A stretch of 64,000 nt of DNA, taken from positions 294,866-358,865 of the forward strand of contig NW_004798032.1 in the NCBI RefSeq assembly GCF_000002075.1. The letters are read 5' to 3'. The DNA is from Aplysia californica (lineage: Eukaryota). Of the stretch, positions 51,721 to 64,000 are shown in pieces. The notes beneath the pieces are model-generated. The model saw nothing but the letters and a program-made list of their open reading frames with translations. It ran no database searches and had not been told where the DNA came from. The translations under genes were made by a program, and so were the position numbers. Position 1 is the first letter of the stretch. The number at the start of each line of letters is the position of its first letter.

Positions 51721-53929
51721 ATCTAGATCTAGGGCCTATCTCAGGCCAAAGTCTTGACTGAGCCTAGTCATCATCACCAGGATTTCAACTTTGTGTTGAT
51801 CATTTTCAAATCGGTGTCAAGTGTGTGCGTTTTTACTCAACAGACTGCATATAATTTAATATTTCTAATTAGATCTATATATAGATATCTCTAGATCTAG
51901 ATCTAGATCATGATTGTTATTGTTATTGAGTTCGAGATTCTGAACTAGATCTAGATCTAGACTCTAACATGTAGCCTGCGCCTGCTGTAACCAAGCCTAT
52001 TCACCAGAACCAGAATGCCTTTTAGGGGGGAAAGGCCTTTAGGGGGTCCTGCTAGATTTTTTATTCGAATTGACTATTTCTCCGAACGTTCGGAGAAATA
52101 GTGCCGATCTTTATTTCTCCGAACAGTTTCCGGCTTCCGGTCTCGTGATTTTTTGCCTATTTATTGCGAGAGTTCGGCGCCAACTTTCATTCTGCCTCTG
52201 GTCTGGGAAGGAACACCGCATGGCAAGCCCACCTACATACAACCTTCAGTAACACCCACCGCACACCCACCACCGTCATGCACATGTACACACACAAACT
52301 TATACACACACTAACTAGACATGATCAGTGGGCAACTTTTGAACGTATGACGAGCTGAGTTGTGGATGGAGAGACAGTGTGAGTGACAGAGCGGGTGAAA
52401 GTGAAAGGAAGAATTTACGAATGTATCCACAGGCGACAGCAACTACAAGACGACGACACCGACCCCCCAGGCCTGGTCCACAGCTCACGAACGAAAGGAA
52501 TGTGGCTAAGGCAGTGTTTTGCCTATATTATTGTCCATGGTTCACAGGGTGCAAGGGAAAGAGTGAGATTTTCTTTGTGTGTGCCTGGAGGGAGGGGTGT
52601 GGTGTGAAAGTCATGAAGACGGGGATGAGCCGCGGGAGAGAACACAGGAATTGAATGAATGAGTTAAACTGAAAGAGAGGAACGACTCATGAGCCCTGGA
52701 GTGAATGGATCCTGTGTTTCTATTTTTAAATACTTTGAACTGTTACTGAATATATAAAGGCTGAAATAAAGCCCTAAAAGCACACACACACTCCTCACTC
52801 TCCACTTACACACTTACTACCACACACAGGCACACTCACACATGCATATACATAGACACACACACACACACACACAGGAGCAAATTTTTGGGTCTATATC
52901 TATTTTAATTTTCAAGAGCTAGTCTAGAAATTTTTAGATGTTGAGTGTAAAAACGTGAAAAAGAAAGGTTTCACAACAGAATTAAATCAAAATTAGTCGA
53001 ACAGCCCATAAATAACCACAAAAATTAACAAATAAGTGTGTGTGTCAACCTGTCCGAAGAAGATTGCCTGTTTTAACCCTAAAAGTGCGTAAATTTTTTT
53101 TAAAGTACAGGATATTAACATGTAAATTATGGAATCACACACATTAAGGGGCCTGCCAGTGTCAGTAAAGTATGTAATCGGTTTTGGTGGAACGTACGCT
53201 CTAACATAAAACATTTAAATTTATATATATATAAATGTATATATATATATATTTAGAATCTAATGAAGGTAGGAACATCAAATTAAATGACGTTATACTA
53301 TGCAACACCCCCCCCCCCCCTTTCCCCAACAACAACAAAATTAATAGAAAAACAACACATCAGAAAAATAACAAGAAAAAAAATTACACACTTAGAACAA
53401 AATAAAACACCTCTAAGAGTCAAAGAGGGAAAAATAAAAGTAACTGTAACGTATTCAACAAATCAACGTGGTGACAACAAGTGTGAGAAAGAGACTAAGT
53501 GAAGCTAAGTGAACTTTCTTTCAAAAGTAAAGAGGTTCGGTTTCTTTCTTTTTTTTTTTTTTCTTTTTTTTTTAAATTTGACTTTTATTCCCTGACCTGC
53601 CCAAAAATCGAGCCACGATTGATTGGTCGCGGCCGCGACAAACGCAGAAGCTAGTTCTATGTGTCGTTATCAATAACCCTCCGTAGAGATCTAGATCTAG
53701 ACAGCACACGAGTGAACACAACACATTAAGTTTAAGAGCAGCACCCTTCATAGGCAACACATCATATCTGTAGCGAAAAACTGTTTGGAACTGTAGCATC
53801 TCTTAATATATAAATATTTACTGCGGACATTTTTTGGACCGATTGAACCATATTGTATACGAACAATCTTTGGTAGGCCTATACTCTTTATAATATCCGA
53901 AATTTGCGGGAAAGGATGTGATTTCAGAG

Positions 53930-54022
53930 TGTTCGGAGAAATAGTGCCCAGCTTTATTTTCCCGAACGTTCGGAGAAATAGTGCTTAGCTTTATTTTCCC
54001 GAACGTTCAGAGAAATAGTGCC
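53930..54022. repeat. ~37-bp tandem repeat containing a palindrome (CCGAACGTTCGG)
   Basis: GTTCGGAGAAATAGTGC(C/T)..GCTTTATTTTCCCGAAC x2.5. Related sequence at 52073-52215 and 54467-54605. Confidence 0.85.
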
Positions 54023-54031
54023 GCCCTTTTT

Positions 54032-54432
54032 AATTGCCGTCTAGTGCCGTTCGGAGGCAGTCATCTCTTACAGGTGCAGCAGCCTGTTGCGTGCGAACCA
54101 CCTGCATTCACAAAACCTTCGCCTTTGCTGTCTGTAGTTTGTAGATCTAGAATCTACCCTTTTTACACCTGGATGGGGTGAGAAATGGAGGGGGGATGGC
54201 AGGTTGGGAGAGAGCACGAAAACAAAGTTTACAATTTCTGAACTGGGAAAAGAAAAATAGACTATCAGAGATTGTTGGTCTCCTTCTTCCAACTTCCAGT
54301 TCAAAATCGGCAAAAGGTCAATTCTGTCCAGTTTTATGATTTTAGGGAAGTTTTGTTAACAAACAAAAATAGTTTTTTTTAATTGTAAGGCAAAATAATC
54401 AATAAGTCTACGGACGGCTCCAGACGGCAATT
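54032..54432. mobile_element. MITE-like element
   Basis: Inverted repeats AATTGCCGTCTAGTGCCGTTCGGAGGC / GTCTACGGACGGCTCCAGACGGCAATT. Confidence 0.6.
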
Positions 54433-54639
54433 AGTAGGACCGCTTTTAGGTAAAATTTTACGAAGTGACTATTTCTCCGAACGCTCGGTAAAATAAACTT
54501 GATCTCTACTTCTCATACAGTTTCCGTTCTCGAGATTTTTTGGGTTATTAGTGAGATTTAGGCGTCGTCTTTCATTTTTATGCCTTGCTGCGAGGACTGG
54601 GAAGAAGCATTTTTTGTATCGAAGTCAATTTTTAAAGCT

Positions 54640-56100
54640 AGAAATTTTTACACTTTCCTTTTACTTTTTCATCCTCTTTTGCCGTTAAGCGTCGAGGGGA
54701 GAGCTCTGCAGCACTGTCAGTTGTGATGTTATGTTTTCTTAGAATTTCCTTGACACCCTCGATCCACCTTTTGCGTGGCCTTCCTCTTCGTATAGCCTGA
54801 GTGCTTGATGTTGTAGGCTCTCGAGGCTGGCTGGTCAGGTGACATGCGTAACAGGAGGCCAAACCATTTTATCCTCTGTCTTTCTATGTAACGCAAGCAG
54901 GACTCAGTGCCAATAGCTGCTCTTACTTCTTCATTTCTCTGCCTGTCTCGTCCTGTGATGTTAAGGGTTTTGCAAAGACATTTCATTTCGCATGCTGTGA
55001 TTTTGCTTTCATGGGTTTTGCTTAAAAAAGTTCAGGTCTGGCACTGACAACGTAATGTTGGTATGAATATTGAGGAGATATACTGTTTCATTGTGTCCAT
55101 GGAGATGTTTGGATGAGATAGGAGGGGTGCGAGCTGGTAGGTGACAGCCTTGGCTTTTTTAGTTCGCATTTCTATTTCTCTGTCTGTGGACCTGTTTTCA
55201 GAAAAAGTGCTGCCAACATATTTAAACTCTTTCGCCTGTATCAGTTTTTTACTATTGACATGGATGTTGAGGGGACTATAGTTTCGGCTCACTTTCACTT
55301 CTGTTTTTGATATATATGCTTATTTTCATGTTGAATTTCTCACAGCTGTTGTTGAATTCGGTAGTGTGATTTTGTCATGATGAATAAGACATTGGTCGTC
55401 TGCGAACAGAAATTCATTTAGGCTTTCTTGGCTTTGGTTTGCGTCTTGCGTTATTGTGTCCATTATAAACAGGAGGGGAGATATCCCTGTTGTACCCCAG
55501 ATCTTACTTTGAACCAGTCTGTATTGTCTTCCTTCGTTCTTACTGAGCTTCTGCTGTTGGAATATAGAGCTCTGACATTATCTAACATTTGTCCTCTGAC
55601 GCCATACTTTTCGAGTGTCTTCCAGAGTTTTGCATGGTTTACTCTGTCAAAAGCCTTCTCCTGGTCTATAAAGATGATGTTGGATTCTTTGTTGTGTTCG
55701 ATTGTTTTCTCGCATATCTGTCGTAATGCAAATACAGCATCTGTGCATTTTCTTCCCTTTCGGAATCCAAACTGAGCTTTGCTCAGATTTCTCTCTACAA
55801 TAGATGCACTGCTCTAGTATCTTTGCGTATATTTTCCCTGAGTGGCTTAACAAGGAGATGCCTCTGTATGTTGTGCAGTCGCGTTTGTTGCCTTTTTTTT
55901 CCCATAATGGTACCACTATGGCTTTCTGCCAGTCTTCTGGGCAGTTTCTTTGCTCCCAGGCTCTGTTGAAAATTCTCTTCATCCACAGTATACTGGTATT
56001 TCCACAAGCTCTTATAATGGCTTCTGCTGTGATGTCATCTGATCCTGGGTTTTCACTGGGAAGTATTGGTGGTTCTGTTTGATCTCTATATATGATGGTT
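54640..56100 (-). mobile_element. RTE-clade LINE, 5'-truncated and decayed
   Basis: PEDWQKAIVVPLWEKKGNKRDCTTYRGISLLS, DQEKAFDRV, LFADD (~55400), FKYVGS, IKWFG, RGRPRKRWIEGV. Multiple frameshifts. Confidence 0.92.
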
Positions 56101-57139
56101 GGAACTCTTCTTGTTGTCCGTGCCACAAACAACAAGAGATTTTTAAATGTCTGAATATTCAGATACTTCAGTTGTGGTTGAGGCAACGTTCCCGGACTAT
56201 AATTCATTTGAAAATGTGTTCAAAAGGTGTTGTGAGAAAACAAGAGCTCGACCTTGGCAGTAACCTATTTTGCATTTAGTTTAGTCGGTGTGACTAAAGC
56301 AAAAACTAAAATCTTTCATGAAAACTCCAAAAGCCACTCCATTTACAAATTATCAACAAATCTCTAAAACGGAAACCGTTTGAAGAAATAGAGCCAGCCA
56401 AATTTTTATTTTCACTCCTGCACACAGATGCACTGCTTCAGGGGTCAAACTACAGTATTACATTTGCTGCAGATCACACATGCCTAATATATAGCCACTA
56501 AAACTGTTGCAAATCAATTATCTAATTTCCTGAAAATTTTAATTTCTCCCCCCCCCCCCCCCCCCCCCCGTCAGTTAAACTTCATACATATATATTTATA
56601 ATGATAAAATGTATAGGCTGTGCGATATTATTATAGGCCTAAACATTTTATTTTTAGCCCTGGTTCGGATTTTGTGTTGAAGTTCAAGTTACTTGACGTA
56701 ACATAGGCCTATTCCTATTATTATTTTCTTACTGTGAAGATGGCCTTTATTGGTGGATAAAGCGTTTTTTAATGTCTTGGCTTTGTTAAAATTATTCACG
56801 CTATTCCTGTGTGTGGATAATTTTACAGCTGATTTGCGAGCTACAGATATAAAGAGCAAAATGATTATTATGTTTGTTTTAATCACTATCACTTCAAACA
56901 AACAAGACTATTGCAAAATATCTTGGGAGTGATGACCTGACAATTGATATTGCTTTAATTTGTCAGAGCCATTGACAGATCATAGTTTCTTGTGTCAAAC
57001 CCGGTCAAATTGCTTAGGGGTGGATATATTCTCTTCCTTTTTATTTACAGTGCATTTTATTTTGTCAAAACAATGTTTCATTTCTTCTGTCACCTAGGTT
57101 CAATATCATCTGTGGACGTGAGCAGCTTGCACATTTATA

Positions 57140-60100
57140 ATGGCAGACGTAGAGGCTAGTGCTTCACAACCCCAAGATGGGAATATTGTATATTTGTGGA
57201 AGATTCCCGTTGACAAAGGGTACGTCAAGTCTCTGGACAGCGTCTTGAAAGTTGTAGCTGCGGTGAGTATTTGCTGATTACAGTATATATATGTATGATG
57301 TGAGCACACCTAAGAACCTACTTTTTTCATATAATCGGATTTTTTTTCTCTACGTTTACTTGTCCAAAAACCCATTCAAAATAAAGGAAATGTGCCTGAA
57401 CACTCATTTTGAGCTCAGAGTAACAAACTTTGTATGCTGCTTATCATACTAAACACAGATTGAGGAGAAGGGAGAGGTTTGGTGTGGACCAGCAAAAAAT
57501 AAAATACACTACAATCACACTTGCACACAATATTTTTAGGCATGTATATATAAATATATATGCCAAGGGGGTCGATCGCAAAGTACATGTAGTTTTCAAT
57601 TGATTAGTTTCTCCTCTCTCGAGGTCAAAATGTCTGATTGTCTTGCTGGCAAATTCACGGCCATTTTTTCCCTTCACTCACATACGGTTGCAACTGGTGC
57701 TGATTCGTAGTTTAAATACACTATAAAATCATAGAGTGACGATGCAGGGTCATGTCATAAGAATTAACCCCAAAGCCTTTGGTTCTGGTTTGCACCCGAA
57801 ACTATGCGCACGCACACACACACACCCATATTTTATTTTTAACATTTTTCTTTAAAGCAAACCTCTCTATTGTTCTTCGGGCGTCAATTTAGCATGAAGG
57901 TCATTAAATTTTTACTCAGAAGATTGAAGCCTAAGTGTGGGCGGTAAATGCCGGTTTGTTAGATTATAGACAAACAGATGTCTCTCCGTGGGAGCCTCAT
58001 CCGTTTTAAAACAGAACAAAACCAAACCATAAAAGTAATGAAGAAATGAACATGAGAACTGTAATAACACCAAGGAATCAGCTTTTATCAGAAGACTTTT
58101 GTGTTGCTTTCCGTAAAAGGGAATATTATGCCTTATTTGAGCACAAAGAAACGTTATAGAATTATAGCAAAACATGGTGTAAGTGCGCTCTACGGTTTGA
58201 TGTCACAGTTGTAAGAATTAGTTCTTGGCGTTCTTTGGCTCACTCTTTGAAGGATTACACAATATAAGGAACTGCCGTCATCCTTATCAGTTCCCATATA
58301 TATATACATATTTATGAAATAGAGCAGCTAGCTATGAAAACACAATTTGGGTTGCATTCTTTTTTTTAAATGNNNNNNNNNNNNNNNNNNNNNNNNNNNN
58401 NNNNNNNNNNNNNNNNNNNNNNNNNNNNNNNNNNNNNNNNNNNNNNNNNNNNNNNNNNNNNNNNNNNNNNNNNNNNNNNNNNNNNNNNNNNNNNNNNNNN
58501 ATCTTTTTATTCTTTATTTTTAATCTTTTACTTTTGCCTGTCAATTATTTGAGAAGCATTTTATTTTCATAGCTTCACTATAGCATATCATCTGAACTCA
58601 GTGTTCTCTTTGTGGATTAACTACGGCCTTTTCATAACTGTATAGAAAAAAACAATTGTGTTCTAGGGAATTGGAAAAGATATTGCTTAGCTGGCCAGCA
58701 CTTGAAAGAAATGCCATTGTGTTGTTAATTCGTCATTTAATATATATCTATACTTGGGTTTTTTACTCCTTATTTTCAATATCTAGAGTCCAAATAATTT
58801 CATTTGGATTGGTTATATTTGGCTCATGTGGGTCATTTAGCTTTTTAAATATCTTACAAACAAATTGGTCAAAGGTTCACCAGCTATACTGAAATATTTC
58901 TGAAAAGATTTGTCTCAGTTTGGGGAGAAAGACCGTACTGTTCGCATCAGATTTTTTTTTTTTCAAGCTGAAAGTTTCAGAGCAAGCTGTTCTGAAACTT
59001 GTGAAAAGATGTTTAAAAAATGTATCACCGTTGATATGATATGCACACATTATATGACCAGCAATACTGCCAGGGGTTGCCTTCGTTGTTTTTATTTTTA
59101 ATTCCATTTTCCTTGGGGGTTTTTTAATCAGGTTCCCAGAGGGGAGGAAGGGAGAGTTGTAATGATTACTTGTCCTTCATTTCTTCCTCAGGCCCTGTCA
59201 TTTATTGCCTTCATTTGCTGTGCCTCTGGAAGATCTGACCACTGTGACGACCAATATTCTTCAACTTACAATTACTTTGAGTTTGTCTCAATCTCAGCCT
59301 TTCTTACCTTACTTATTCTGTGGATTTTCTATGCTTTGACTTTGCGTTCAAGATTATTCTTCAAACTTCTGCCCTGGAATCTTGTGGTAAGTAATCTGAT
59401 TGGCAAAGGCTGGGATAAGGGTTGCGTCTAGATTTTGTGTCACGTTTCAGAATTTTCAAGCTGTGTCAGCTCCTAATGAAATAATATCTTCTTTTGTAAA
59501 ATTTTAGTGGCAGATTTTGGGGTGTTTCCTTCTATATTTCAACAATCCTCTGAGTACGACGCAAATTTTTTTTAAAAATCAGTCTGATATCTCTGACTGA
59601 TCTTTAGTAGCACAAGTAGCTTCAACCTCTGATCATTCTTCAGATGACACTTTGGGCAAGGGCCATTTATGACAAAGCAAAGGTGTATTCTTAGTTTGGA
59701 AAGAAAAGTGACTAAATGAGGACTGAAGCACTAAACACTGTTGGAAGGTTGCTGTATTTCACAACCTCATGACTACCAAGTATTTTTGCCCCTATTTGTC
59801 ATGTTTGATTATTTGTACAAAATCAAATGACTTCACAGGCAGACACCCTGTTTGAAGGGGTGTCTTGTTTACTCCCTCTTTAGTAAACTGCGCTATCCTG
59901 ATTTAATTGTTCATGTGATTGTGTGATCTGGTGAGCACATCAGCGTAATATATGTTCCCCATTCCTTGCCTCAAGAAAAGAGTTCTGGAAAAGCCACACT
60001 GAATTGTGCATGGAACTGGGAATGAAAAAGGTGATGTCTTGATGATACTGAGCCAACTTGCTAACCTTTGATGGCCCAGATTTAATATTTAATAAAATAA

Positions 60101-61971
60101 AATGGAAGAGGGTGAAACCATACGATGAAATCCAAAGATGTTTGGTTCTAACAAAACTTCTTGGGGCAGTTTAGGAGTTCAAGATTATATTGAAGTAAAG
60201 AGAATGTGAACATAAAGGTGATAATACTGATATTGATGAATGCATTTTGGCAATAGACTGAGTTATTATGATACGTGTAAGTTGTATTTCGCTCATGATG
60301 GTCCATGAAATATGACAGACTGTGTGATATATTTATATTACATTGTTTCTGCCTGAGATCAACCTTCTTGGGAGCAAGGATAATTAGAGATCTTGGACAA
60401 ACTGGATCTCACCCAAATCACAAGGGGGAAGAATTGATGATGACTCATAGTCAGACCCACAGTTGATAAAATGATCTCCTCTTATTACATGTATTTTGAA
60501 ATTGAGTGAAATAACCACTAGGCGGGCTTGTAACTTATGGCCAGCAAAAAATGCTTAATCTTGATGAGCAATCCCGATGATCTCATCTTTTAAGTTGATG
60601 AAGCCTGCCATTTTCACTTATCCAATTTTGAGTCGCAACAAATACGATCTGAAATGCGCAATCTTATTATTTGAATATAGCCTTTCCTCTTTCAGAGTAG
60701 GATCGTAGGGATGACTTTTATGCAGTAAAAATTTTGTTTTCTTAAAACTGCAGGATCTTAAGCGAATGGGGATCATAAGCAATGAGATATAATTAGATGG
60801 AGACTGCTATATCTCTGTAAATGTATAAACTTTTTCAGTTAAATATCTTTTCCCATGCATCTTATGTTTGATATTTGCAGGATTTGATATATCTTGCCGT
60901 CTACATCATCTTTTATGCCATTGCTAGCATTGTTCTAGCTGCTCAACCTTGTGGCAAGGACAGTAACAAAGCAGGAGCGGTAAGTAAATGTCAGCCAAAA
61001 ACTGCAAAGCCTTCCTTCATATTTGGTATTTTGAGGTAGTTTTTCCCCAAATGGTTAGTGTATACATGTCACTTTTTATATTTTTGTAAACCTGTGATGC
61101 AGCAGAATCTGGTTATTATCAAAACGGCATGATTTCAGAAAATCTATGCTTTTGTCTAAAATTACTATTTCTGAGCTCTTTTTTTTCTTTCATTCTTTGA
61201 TGTTCAGGATCTACTTATTTTTGCAACTCGTTGTCCTTCCCCAAAAGTTGAAAATGTGCTAAAAGCTGGGTTTTTCACCAAACTTTGTTTCTGCACCCAG
61301 TGTTACAAAATGTGGCATCTCCCTTTAAAACTACTCAATATATTTGAAAATTTAAAAAATCAATGTGTTTAGCATTAACTTTGCGACAAGAATGTGCCCT
61401 TATTTCAATATCCAAAATCTCAGACAACTGGGACCTTTCTCCAGGCACAGACCTATAAGTTATGGGTTGGATTAAGTTTAGCTTTTAATTTTGTTTTCAT
61501 TACTGTTGGTGTTGGTATGGAGTGCGCGGGGGTGGGGGGGGGGGGGGGGTTATTGATAAAGATATACAGATGACTCGTACAGATCAGGGTGTAACTCACA
61601 CTTGTATTTGGCAAATATTATAACATAAATGATTATTTGACAAAAAGGAAAGAATTCTGGGATGGGTAAATTTCAGGTCATACTTCTTGAATGTGTAAAG
61701 ATAATGATTTATGTAAAATGTGTTCATTTCATTTAACATTTAAATCAAGAATGAATTCTGCTAAAATTTGATTTGCAATTTTGCTGTGGAAATTTATTTA
61801 ACTTTAAATATTCTTCATTCCTCACAGGCATTTGGCTTCTTTACATTGGGATGCTTGTGTGCCAATGCATTCTTTTCCTTCCAAGCTTGGCGTGGTTCAA
61901 GAATGGAGTCTTCAGCTGACACTGGGAAATCCCCTGAGTACAATGCGGAGAGGAATATGGAACAATACTAA
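57140..61971 (+). CDS. CKLF-like MARVEL transmembrane domain protein (CMTM/plasmolipin-like), 186 aa. Exons 57140-57262, 59192-59386, 60881-60979, 61828-61971
   Basis: Three phase-0 GT-AG introns and four TM helices. MARVEL-type motifs: YVKSLDSVLKVV, ALSFIAFIC, YFEFVS, LPWNLVDLIY, AGAAFGFF. An acceptor at 57096-57097 implies an upstream non-coding exon. Confidence 0.9.
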
Positions 61972-63254
61972 ATCCATCCAAATTGGAGATTATTTTAAGT
62001 TTTTACTTTGTTGTTGTCATAGTAGTACCTGTTCAGTTGAGTTCAGTGTTCTGTGCTTTTTGGGGTGATTTTTTTTTTTTTTTGCTTGATATGTTAAGTG
62101 TTTGCCATGGGACCAACTCTTTGATAACACATATATATGGTTGCAGTGTTAAAATACTTTTGATCCACCACCATTTTCCTATCTCTACATTTTGCTGTGT
62201 TGAAACATTTGAAAATCAGAAGGAAAAAATGGATTAAAGGAAATGTGAATTATATATTTGCATATATATTATGCCCTTCGATATGCTGGTTTTACTGGAC
62301 TACTGATTTCCTGCATCAAGTTACTTTAGTGACATACACTTCTGGTTCTTTTTTATGACAAGCCTCCCTGGTGACTCAGTTACCCAGATGAATTTAACAC
62401 TGGTTTATCCAATTCAGTATTTTGCTGTATATTATGTAATATTATTTTTGTTGAAGGAAGAGAAATTTTTTTTTTCCAGCTGAAAACACTTTAATCCAAT
62501 CCCTATTTTCCTTCATTGTGATAGTGTTTGTGAGCACACAGGAAATAAGCAAAAGTCTACAGCCAAAACGAATAGAACACCAGCTCATCTAGGCCCAAGC
62601 ACCTTCATAACAGTGCATAATTTCATCAAAATTCTAGTAATATTTGCAGCATGAACACCAAATCTTTCTTCCATTTAATATTTTTCTATGTTACATTATA
62701 AGCAAGTTACATTATAAGTGTAAAAAATCATATGTAGACCTACTCTGAGTTTGTGTAAGAACCTATTTTGGGCATGCTGTTAGTTGGTATTATGTTAGAC
62801 TATGGTACAGATGACCCTGGTTCGAATCCCTGATAAATGTTTGGGGGATCTTTCGAGGTTCACCATTTACTTGGCTCAATCCTGTTGAAAATAAAGGTCA
62901 AATTTGGAGGCCCAGCTTCTTAAGAGTATTAAAGCCTTGTCATACCAGTAGCCAGTTCATTTCTAAAAACGCCTTCATGCCCTTTACATAATGCCTAATA
63001 ATTGCATTAACACTATATAACAGGGAGTGCTCCTTACGAGACGTGAAAGTAGTTTTGTTTTTGCATCTCATTGCAGTTTTGGTTTGTGTAACATGATTTT
63101 TATCATTGCTTTGTTCTGGTTGATTTGCTGGTGCTGCAACCTGTATTCTTTTTTTTTTACTAATCTGAAATAGCAGCTATCCATGGTCCTGATTGATATA
63201 TCGTTTGAAACAGATGTGCCTTTTCTATTGGTCCATATTGTCCATGTTTCACCT

Positions 63255-63600
63255 TAACCTCCGTCTATCCCGTAGACTGGATGTCCATCGGGGCGCTTTT
63301 GAAGATTTGACCTCCAGCTTCCTCCTCTCCTTCCGGTCTTCAGCTTTCCTGAGCGTGTCTTTGAGTTCCAGGCCTGTCCATTCCTTAGTGTTGTCCGCCT
63401 AACTCTTCTTCGGTCTGCCTCTACTCCTTTTTCCCTGGACGCTGCCTTTGCAGGATCATCTTGGCAAGGCCCGATGAACGGGTGATGTGACCAAACCATT
63501 GCAGTTTGCGTTTCCTAACCAGACTGAGAGGTCAGCTTGTGGTCCAATTTCATTTTTGATCCGTTGTTTGACTTCATCATTTGTGATGTGATCTTTGTCC
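63255..63600 (-). mobile_element. RTE-clade LINE 3' fragment
   Basis: Minus-strand translation WFGHITRSSGLAKMIL...RGRPKK...DNTKEWTGL. Confidence 0.8.
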
Positions 63601-64000
63601 CATGTTTAGGTCGCCAAATTTGCTAGGTAGGAGGAAGAAATTTACACAGATGACATTTCTTTATTTCTGGCTCTTTTTTACTTGACTTATTTCACTGTAT
63701 ATACATGTTATCCAATACTTGAGCTTGTGGGTGTTTTAATCTGAGTTTTATGTAACAGACATGTATATGGTTGTCACTGTTGTGGGATTCTTATGTCGTC
63801 ATCTCTCATGTGGTTGCTAGGAATATCAGTGTAAGTTTAAGACACTGCAGAATAATTATTTATGATCTATAAAAGCTGTGTTCTTTGTCTGAATACAATC
63901 AAATAAATATGGATACTGTGCTTATTAAATTTTATATTTTTGTTCCCAACCATTTGTGTAACAATATACATTTTCACTGTGCTGTTAATATTGAGATTGA

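Noticed and set aside
59841-59865. Hairpin AGACACCC/GGGTGTCT followed by Ts, terminator-like
   Set aside because: Intronic in a eukaryote. It could be a Helentron-type end, but no matching partner end was identified.

Overview
AT-rich, gapped (N-run) eukaryotic scaffold, most likely from a gastropod mollusc (inferred from the receptor type and the repeat content). No prokaryotic features were found. The left ~35 kb is an old tandem/segmental duplication. It carries two single-coding-exon rhodopsin-class chemosensory-type GPCR genes (4379-5437 and 20797-21858), each followed by a paralogous non-coding block that has since been interrupted by different MITEs, SINEs and new tandem repeats. Two intact but orphan ABCB1/P-glycoprotein exons (30681-30852, 31440-31564) sit inside the second block. 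The right part holds a 6-exon NIPSNAP3-like gene on the minus strand (50774->42731) head-to-head with a 4-coding-exon CMTM/MARVEL-domain gene on the plus strand (57140->61971). Other content: RTE-clade LINE relics, Sola1-like, piggyBac-like, pogo-like and 8-bp-TSD MITEs, several modular SINE-like families sharing LINE tails, and a complex minisatellite. Most notable observations: an apparent gene-conversion tract between the GPCR paralogs, the orphan ABCB1 exons, and three different short retroelements using one hairpin 3' tail. All alignments were made by eye and no database searches were run.
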